Source: a virus
Lineage: Duplodnaviria; Caudoviricetes
Virus record (IMG/VR): IMGVR_UViG_3300010361_000026
Coordinates: 1 to 31,668 of that record
Reading direction: 5' to 3' (one strand)
Length of the DNA stretch: 31,668 nucleotides
The notes under the pieces are model-generated. The model searched no databases. It was given only the letters and a program-made list of their open reading frames with translations, and was not told where the DNA came from. A program made the position numbers and the translations under genes. Shown here piece after piece: positions 26,741 through 31,668 of this stretch (positions are counted from its first letter, which is position 1; every line of letters starts with the position of its first letter).

Positions 26741-27169
26741 AACCCATACAAAAAATACGCGGACCTCATCGAGGACTGCGAATTCGGTAGCGAAAAGGGC
26801 GCAGAGAATTTGCTCGCCATTCTAAAGCAACGCGACGACGCGCAAAGCCTAATAAGCGCCCTTATCGCCGAAAAAGCCGAGCTAATGGCGACGTGCATTT
26901 ATGCATCCACGAAGTTGATCCAAGGCGACGAGCACCAGGCTCGCCTCGCGCTGGTCGACGTAATTGCAAAGATGCAACCGCAAGTGCGCACTAAGCTTTT
27001 AAAGGGCGAATATGCCGGCGAGCCGCACCGCGAGTGGGTGCTTGTTGATGGCAACAACCACGTTTTTGCGCGCAGGACGATGACCGATTCGGAGGCCGAC
27101 GCCGCTAACAAATCCCGCAACGACTCGACCAGGATTATGGGCGCCGCTTGGGTACTTGCGGAGGATTAA
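26690..27169 (+). CDS. Hypothetical protein
   Basis: 159-aa ORF directly behind the promoter. Confidence 0.7.
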   Translation: MMNKAKNNKDAARDAEQNPYKKYADLIEDCEFGSEKGAENLLAILKQRDDAQSLISALIAEKAELMATCIYASTKLIQGDEHQARLALVDVIAKMQPQVRTKLLKGEYAGEPHREWVLVDGNNHVFARRTMTDSEADAANKSRNDSTRIMGAAWVLAED

Positions 27170-27174
27170 TTTCA

Positions 27175-27345
27175 ATGACCTACGAGATCGAAAACATTTT
27201 GCGCGAACTAATTAAATCGCACGGCCTCGAAACCGTGCGCCAGCACCTGGACGCCCTTCTTGGACAAGCTTTGTGGGCGGACTGGCAGCGCCTAAATTCG
27301 TGGGTGACGAACACCGCTAATGCAATCGCAAGGAAAAGTGCCTAA
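27175..27345 (+). CDS. Hypothetical protein
   Basis: ATG 27175 preceded by GGAGG; 56 aa. Confidence 0.6.
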   Translation: MTYEIENILRELIKSHGLETVRQHLDALLGQALWADWQRLNSWVTNTANAIARKSA

Positions 27346-27634
27346 CGGTCGAGGCTTGGCGGCTCGCGTGGCCCGAGCCTCGGACGATATGCAAAACCAA
27401 AAAACAACCGAAAACGCCATCGCGGCGGCAGAAGCCCGCGCAAGGGAAGTCAACGCAATGGGGCCCACCGTAGACATCGGTGAAAACTGGTATCAAGCGG
27501 CTGCGCGCTACATGAACGAGCGCGACGAGGCTATAAAGCACCTCGAGACAGCAATCCGCGTATGCGAGGAGGACGGTCACGAATGGGGCTGGATGATATT
27601 TGCGCGACAGTTCTTGAAAGGAGCGACGCGATGA
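27320..27634 (+). CDS. Hypothetical protein
   Basis: Fills the gap in an overlapping gene chain; start uncertain (27320, 27338 or 27389). Confidence 0.55.
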   Translation: MQSQGKVPNGRGLAARVARASDDMQNQKTTENAIAAAEARAREVNAMGPTVDIGENWYQAAARYMNERDEAIKHLETAIRVCEEDGHEWGWMIFARQFLKGATR

Positions 27635-27801
27635 CCGCCGCACAAAATCGCGTCACGGAATTGCAACGCCGGATGGTGCAATGGCGCAACGATTACCTCG
27701 CAATGCTCGCGCAGCGCGACTTGATCGTGCGCCAAATCGCGCAAGCGGAACAAGCCGCCCGCGGCAACATCGTGCAGTTCAAAACGGAGGTGGCGCAATG
27801 A
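27631..27801 (+). CDS. Hypothetical coiled-coil protein
   Basis: ATG 27631 with AAGGAG upstream and ATGA overlap. Confidence 0.6.
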   Translation: MTAAQNRVTELQRRMVQWRNDYLAMLAQRDLIVRQIAQAEQAARGNIVQFKTEVAQ

Positions 27802-28085
27802 ACTGGGGCCACGAAGTTACGCTAGGCCAACTCATGGTGGAATACCCATGCTTACGCGTCTACCGCGAACTCATAAATGTCGCCACTACCAAATGTTTAG
27901 GCACCGAGGAATTAGCTCCGGGCTACGCCGAGGCCAATAAAGAGCGCGTCGTGGGTGCGTGGGGAGCGCGCGAGCTTTTGCTTACATCGCCACTTGAATT
28001 GCAGCGCGGTCATCGCATGGTTGTGGTCAAGGCAAGCGAGCGAAAACCCATAAAGTGCAAAGAACACATCTATGCGCACCTCTAA
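27798..28085 (+). CDS. Hypothetical protein
   Basis: ATG 27798 with GGAGGT upstream and ATGA overlap. Confidence 0.6.
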   Translation: MNWGHEVTLGQLMVEYPCLRVYRELINVATTKCLGTEELAPGYAEANKERVVGAWGARELLLTSPLELQRGHRMVVVKASERKPIKCKEHIYAHL

Positions 28086-28222
28086 GCAAAAAGGGTGCCA
28101 CATTGATAATTCATGCTAAAATATATTCAAAAATAGTTGTTGCGGATATTTATGCTAGGTGCTATGCTGCGAACATGATTAAAACAAAGAACAACCAAAG
28201 CGCGGCCCGCGATGCAGGGCAA
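28083..28222 (+). repeat. Diverged ~140-bp promoter-plus-N-terminus repeat, copy B
   Basis: See copy A. Confidence 0.8.
28140..28168 (+). promoter_or_regulatory. Sigma70-type extended -10 promoter, leaderless
   Basis: TTGCGG-N17-TATGCT-N6-ATG, with TG one base before the -10. Confidence 0.65.
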
Positions 28223-28354
28223 GCTCAGATTAATCGCGACGGTGTATGGGAACCTCTATCTGGTAAAGAGCGAGTACTTCGAGGTCTTATAATGCCTGAC
28301 CAAACAGGCAATCTTGCATGGGAAAATCGCAATCCGGAAGGAGGGCAGGATTAA
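28175..28354 (+). CDS. Hypothetical protein
   Basis: ATG 28175 (MIKTKNNQSAARDAGQ); N-terminus paralogous to that of 26690. Confidence 0.65.
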   Translation: MIKTKNNQSAARDAGQAQINRDGVWEPLSGKERVLRGLIMPDQTGNLAWENRNPEGGQD

Positions 28355-28356
28355 TC

Positions 28357-28980
28357 ATGGCTAACATTCGGATTTCCGTCGAGCACCGCCGCGGCTGCGG
28401 CTTCCGCAAACAAGGCGGCATCTATTTGGTCTCGCCCGGCACCGGTTTTGGATGCGGCTTGCTGCCTATCCCTCTCACGGTTTGTCCATGCTGCGGCTCC
28501 GGCTACCGCCACAACCGCGGCTTTACGTGGATCAACCCCGCGGCCATCGCCGCGCAATCCGGCAACGCTTGCAAGCGTCCAGAGGGTTGCTCTATTTGTC
28601 CGCTTGCGGATGCTAAAGTCCAAAAAGCTGGGATGATCTGGATCGGCGCATCTTTTTACAAGACACCGGACATATTTGATGCAGAGGCGCAGCGCCTAGG
28701 GATTAGCCGCCGCGTGCAAGCGATACCTCAAGGGTTTAAGATTGGCGAAAGCTGGATTGCGCTTGCGCACATTTACGCCATCCAGCCCACGGAGGTTGAC
28801 CTTGCGGCTGGCACAAAAGCCAAGCCCGGCATCTTTCGCCTTTTTAAACCGCAAGCCATCGAATACGTGGTCAAAGGCACCGAGACAGAGGAGGAGCTTG
28901 AGCGCCTAGAAAAGCGCGGCTTCTCGCTGGTCAAGGTCATAAAAGCGGAGGAACCAAAACCGGAGGTGGTGGCAGCGTGA
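28357..28980 (+). CDS. Cys-rich hypothetical protein, probably metal-binding
   Basis: From ATG 28357: RRGCGFRK, GCG, CPCCG and C....CSICP clusters. Confidence 0.75.
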   Translation: MANIRISVEHRRGCGFRKQGGIYLVSPGTGFGCGLLPIPLTVCPCCGSGYRHNRGFTWINPAAIAAQSGNACKRPEGCSICPLADAKVQKAGMIWIGASFYKTPDIFDAEAQRLGISRRVQAIPQGFKIGESWIALAHIYAIQPTEVDLAAGTKAKPGIFRLFKPQAIEYVVKGTETEEELERLEKRGFSLVKVIKAEEPKPEVVAA

Positions 28981-29171
28981 TTGCGTTCCTTGTCGCATTC
29001 GCTTTGGTCACGCTATTGCAGCAGTCGCGCACAAAACGCAGACTTCGCGAAGTGATCAAGATGATCGACAACATGATTGCGAGCTTAAACCGCCCCACAA
29101 ACTATTCGCAGCGGAGCCCGGAATACAACCGGGCTCCGCGCAACATCGATGAGGTGAACCATTATGCCTAG
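28977..29171 (+). CDS. Small protein with hydrophobic N-terminus
   Basis: MIAFLVAFALVTLL; GTGA overlap; GGAGG upstream. Confidence 0.6.
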   Translation: MIAFLVAFALVTLLQQSRTKRRLREVIKMIDNMIASLNRPTNYSQRSPEYNRAPRNIDEVNHYA

Positions 29172-29364
29172 AAAAATCACAAACCTAAACAAGGGCGTTT
29201 ACGTCATGATCTCGCCGGCTAACAGCCGCGCCATCGGACGCCTAATTGCCCGCACGGGGCGCACATTCTCGAAAGAGATTAACATGATCATTGAGGAGCG
29301 AGTGCGCCAGAACGACGTAGGAGACATCCCACCGCAAGAGGAGATGGCTAACGCCGCAGCATGA
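29164..29364 (+). CDS. Arc/ribbon-helix-helix-like DNA-binding protein
   Basis: VYVMIS strand then a helix, then GRTFSKEINMIIEE, which resembles Arc 'GRS.NSEI..IL'. Confidence 0.6.
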   Translation: MPRKITNLNKGVYVMISPANSRAIGRLIARTGRTFSKEINMIIEERVRQNDVGDIPPQEEMANAAA

Positions 29365-29436
29365 GCCTTTTCCGCGAATATCTGCGGTGGTACAACGGCG
29401 GGCCCACCTACTTTATCTACCAACAGGAACGCACTT

Positions 29437-29616
29437 ATGATCATTCTTACAATACTTGTCGTCGCAATGTTTTTGTGCCTCGCCTACCTCACCGTAGACC
29501 ACGTTATCAGCGAGATAAAACGCGACCGCGAGACCAAGCGTGAATTGGACGACTGGAACGCCCCGCCACCTAAAGAATATGACCCAAACACAAGAAAAAC
29601 CAAGAAACGAGCTTGA
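29437..29616 (+). CDS. 59-aa single-TM protein (not in the ORF track)
   Basis: MIILTILVVAMFLCLAYLTVDHVISEIKRDRETKRELDDWNAPPPKEYDPNTRKTKKRA; more protein-like than the overlapping 29361-29543 frame. Confidence 0.55.
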   Translation: MIILTILVVAMFLCLAYLTVDHVISEIKRDRETKRELDDWNAPPPKEYDPNTRKTKKRA

Positions 29617-30739
29617 CGCATCCGGCAAATTGCGCACCCTCGTAGCCTCGCAACAATTCAAGAACGCCGTTGCCGCGGCGCTCCCCGTGCACTTACGGCC
29701 AGAACGCTTTGTCCGCGTGGCTTTAACGGCATTAACCAAAACGCCGCGCCTCGCGGAATGCGATCAAGCCTCCTTTTTTGATTGCCTTCTCACGCTCTCG
29801 CAACTTGGCCTAGAACCCGACGGTCGCCTCGCGCACCTAATCCCTTTTCGCAACAATAAGCGAGGCGTCACCGAATGCACGCTAATTGTGGACTACAAAG
29901 GTCTCGTGTCGCTTGCCATTCGCAGCGGACGCGTAGCCAACATACATGCGGATAAAATCTGCGATGGCGATGAGTTCATTTTTGACCGTGGCGAGATTGT
30001 TCGCCATCGCATCGATTTCCGTAAGCCACGTGGGAACGCCTACGCTTATTACGCTCTGGTACGTTTCAAAGACGGCACCGAACAAGCGGAGGTAATGACC
30101 CTGGACGAGATAGGCGATATCCGCAAGCGTAGCCGCGCTGCTAATGATGGGCCGTGGGTCACCGATTTCCATGAGATGGCAAAAAAGACCGTGTTCCGCC
30201 GCCTGACTAAATGGCTCGAACTCTCACCGGAATACCGAGATGCGCTGGAGGCAGACACAGATGCTTTGGAGGAGAAGCGTTTCGAGGCCGCTATCCCTAT
30301 TGAGCGCCCGGTTTTTGATGCTTTGCCCTCACCGGAAGCGGAGAAGCCTAAGCCCAAATCTCAACCGCCGAAACCAAAAGAGGAGCCTCCTATGCGCGCC
30401 GGCGTGGTCATTGGCGGTAAAGCGCAAGAGATCCCAGCCCATCCGGAGGCACGCAAAGGCAGCAAGACGCCACAAACAGACGAGGTGATGAGGCGCTTGC
30501 GAGAGAGCGGCACTCACGATGATGATTTGCTCGTAATTGCGCGCGAATACGAATGGGTGGATGCCGGCACGCGATTTGTCGCTAACGTAGGCGAGGATAA
30601 GGCCAAGGCGCTTCTCGAGAACTGGGGCCTAATCACGCAAAAAATAGAGGAGCGTCGCAAAGCGGCCACAGAACAAAAACAGGCTCCACCACCAGAACAG
30701 TCGACTTTTGTGCCCATGGAGGGCAATCCCTTCGCATGA
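29579..30739 (+). CDS. recT: RecT-family single-strand annealing protein
   Basis: ERFVRVAL, QLGLEPDG..AHLIPF, DYKGLV.LA.RSG and GPWVTDFHEMAKKTV.RRL.K motifs. Start ATG 29579 or GTG 29540. Confidence 0.93.
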   Translation: MTQTQEKPRNELDASGKLRTLVASQQFKNAVAAALPVHLRPERFVRVALTALTKTPRLAECDQASFFDCLLTLSQLGLEPDGRLAHLIPFRNNKRGVTECTLIVDYKGLVSLAIRSGRVANIHADKICDGDEFIFDRGEIVRHRIDFRKPRGNAYAYYALVRFKDGTEQAEVMTLDEIGDIRKRSRAANDGPWVTDFHEMAKKTVFRRLTKWLELSPEYRDALEADTDALEEKRFEAAIPIERPVFDALPSPEAEKPKPKSQPPKPKEEPPMRAGVVIGGKAQEIPAHPEARKGSKTPQTDEVMRRLRESGTHDDDLLVIAREYEWVDAGTRFVANVGEDKAKALLENWGLITQKIEERRKAATEQKQAPPPEQSTFVPMEGNPFA

Positions 30740-31668
30740 TACAAATTTGCAAAACGCCGTACGAAGAACTCGTTGCCACGCTTGACCCCGTGCAATCGCA
30801 CGAAGGCTACAGCCTTAAGCGTGGCGACTTTTTTCGCCTCGGGCCCGTTAACGGCTCAAAAGTGCGGCAATGTTTAGCGATTGTTCATCATCTGCTGGGT
30901 CGCAGGGAAAGCGGCGGCCGTCCACTCTGTGGGATCGTTACGGGCGGAGGCCTGCCTTCCCCGCAAGTGGCGATTGTGGCGGCCGTCGCTAACTATTTCG
31001 GTCTTCCTTGCGCCGTGACCACGCCTCGTTATCGCGATGGGTTGCGCGATTATAGGCGCATCAATTCCTCGCTGGCGCAACGCTTAGGCGCAAAAGTTTA
31101 TGGCGTAGGCAACCCGCGCTCAAGCGGCTACGAGAAAGATGCAAAAGTCCTTGCGGCAACGCTAGGCTACGAGCAAATCAAATTTGGAATGTTTGGCGAG
31201 GTCGCGCTCGAACCTGTAATCAGACAAGTCCAAAATGTGCCGGACTACATCCGCAGAATTGTGGTGATTGCCGGCTCCGGACTCTCCGCCATCAGCATCT
31301 TGCGCGGCCTTGCCCGCTACGGGAAAAAGAACGTGGAGGATGTGCATATCGTGACGCTCTCGCACCACTTCGAGAACAATCGACGTCTTTGGTATTATTC
31401 GCAAAAACGCGACCGCTATCAAGGGCGAGTGTGGGTACACCCGTCGCCTTTCCCATACGGCGCCGAATACAAACACAATGAGCAAATGATGTTTGATCTC
31501 ACTTATGAGGGCAAAGCATGGGCGTGGCTCACGGCCACGTACAAGCCCGACGAGCGCATCTTGTTTTGGATTATCGGGAGGCGCAATTACAACCTGGATT
31601 TAATCGAGACCATCCGGTGGCACATGTCGCCGCACGAAGTGGCCTTGCGCGCACCGGAACTCGAGCTA
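30736..31668 (+). CDS. Fold-type II PLP-dependent enzyme (ACC deaminase/D-cysteine desulfhydrase-like), 3' truncated
   Basis: My translation is open from ATG 30736 to the window end: LKRGD..NGSKVRQ (PLP lysine), SPQ, AGSGLS (phosphate loop), DLTYEGKAW and LFWIIG. Confidence 0.85.
   Translation, partial: MIQICKTPYEELVATLDPVQSHEGYSLKRGDFFRLGPVNGSKVRQCLAIVHHLLGRRESGGRPLCGIVTGGGLPSPQVAIVAAVANYFGLPCAVTTPRYRDGLRDYRRINSSLAQRLGAKVYGVGNPRSSGYEKDAKVLAATLGYEQIKFGMFGEVALEPVIRQVQNVPDYIRRIVVIAGSGLSAISILRGLARYGKKNVEDVHIVTLSHHFENNRRLWYYSQKRDRYQGRVWVHPSPFPYGAEYKHNEQMMFDLTYEGKAWAWLTATYKPDERILFWIIGRRNYNLDLIETIRWHMSPHEVALRAPELEL

Noticed and set aside
29361-29543. 60-aa ORF from the track
   Set aside because: It overlaps the more protein-like TM ORF 29437-29616. 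It has start/stop overlaps at both ends, so it is not fully excluded.

Overview
This window is about 31.7 kb of a tailed dsDNA phage or prophage with lambda-like, probably siphovirus, morphogenesis genes. No integrase, repressor or attachment site is visible. The + strand runs: small terminase, a stand-alone sigma70 region-4-like protein, GIY-YIG nuclease, GpA-type large terminase, head-tail joining protein and lambda-type portal. A 4.8-kb block of Ser/Thr-rich fibre/decoration-like genes follows, two with signal-peptide-like N-termini. Next come a ClpP-type prohead protease with a probable nested scaffold, the major capsid protein, and a cassette of three glycosyltransferase domains, TPR repeats and a methyltransferase. 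After an inverted two-gene insert come neck and tail genes, tape measure, tail-tip proteins and a lysis region with a GH75 chitosanase-like enzyme. The window ends with small early-type genes, RecT and a truncated PLP-dependent enzyme. Most notable: (1) a putative virion or surface glycosylation system with candidate substrates; (2) a recurrent YTTGACA-N14-17-ATG signal that cannot be an ordinary -35 box for the genes it precedes, in a phage encoding a lone sigma4-like domain; (3) three paralogous 'DS..V...LPDGR..LR' modules at the tail tip; (4) a repeated leaderless promoter cassette. All family assignments come from reading motifs by eye; no database searches were run. A Verrucomicrobia-like host is only a guess.
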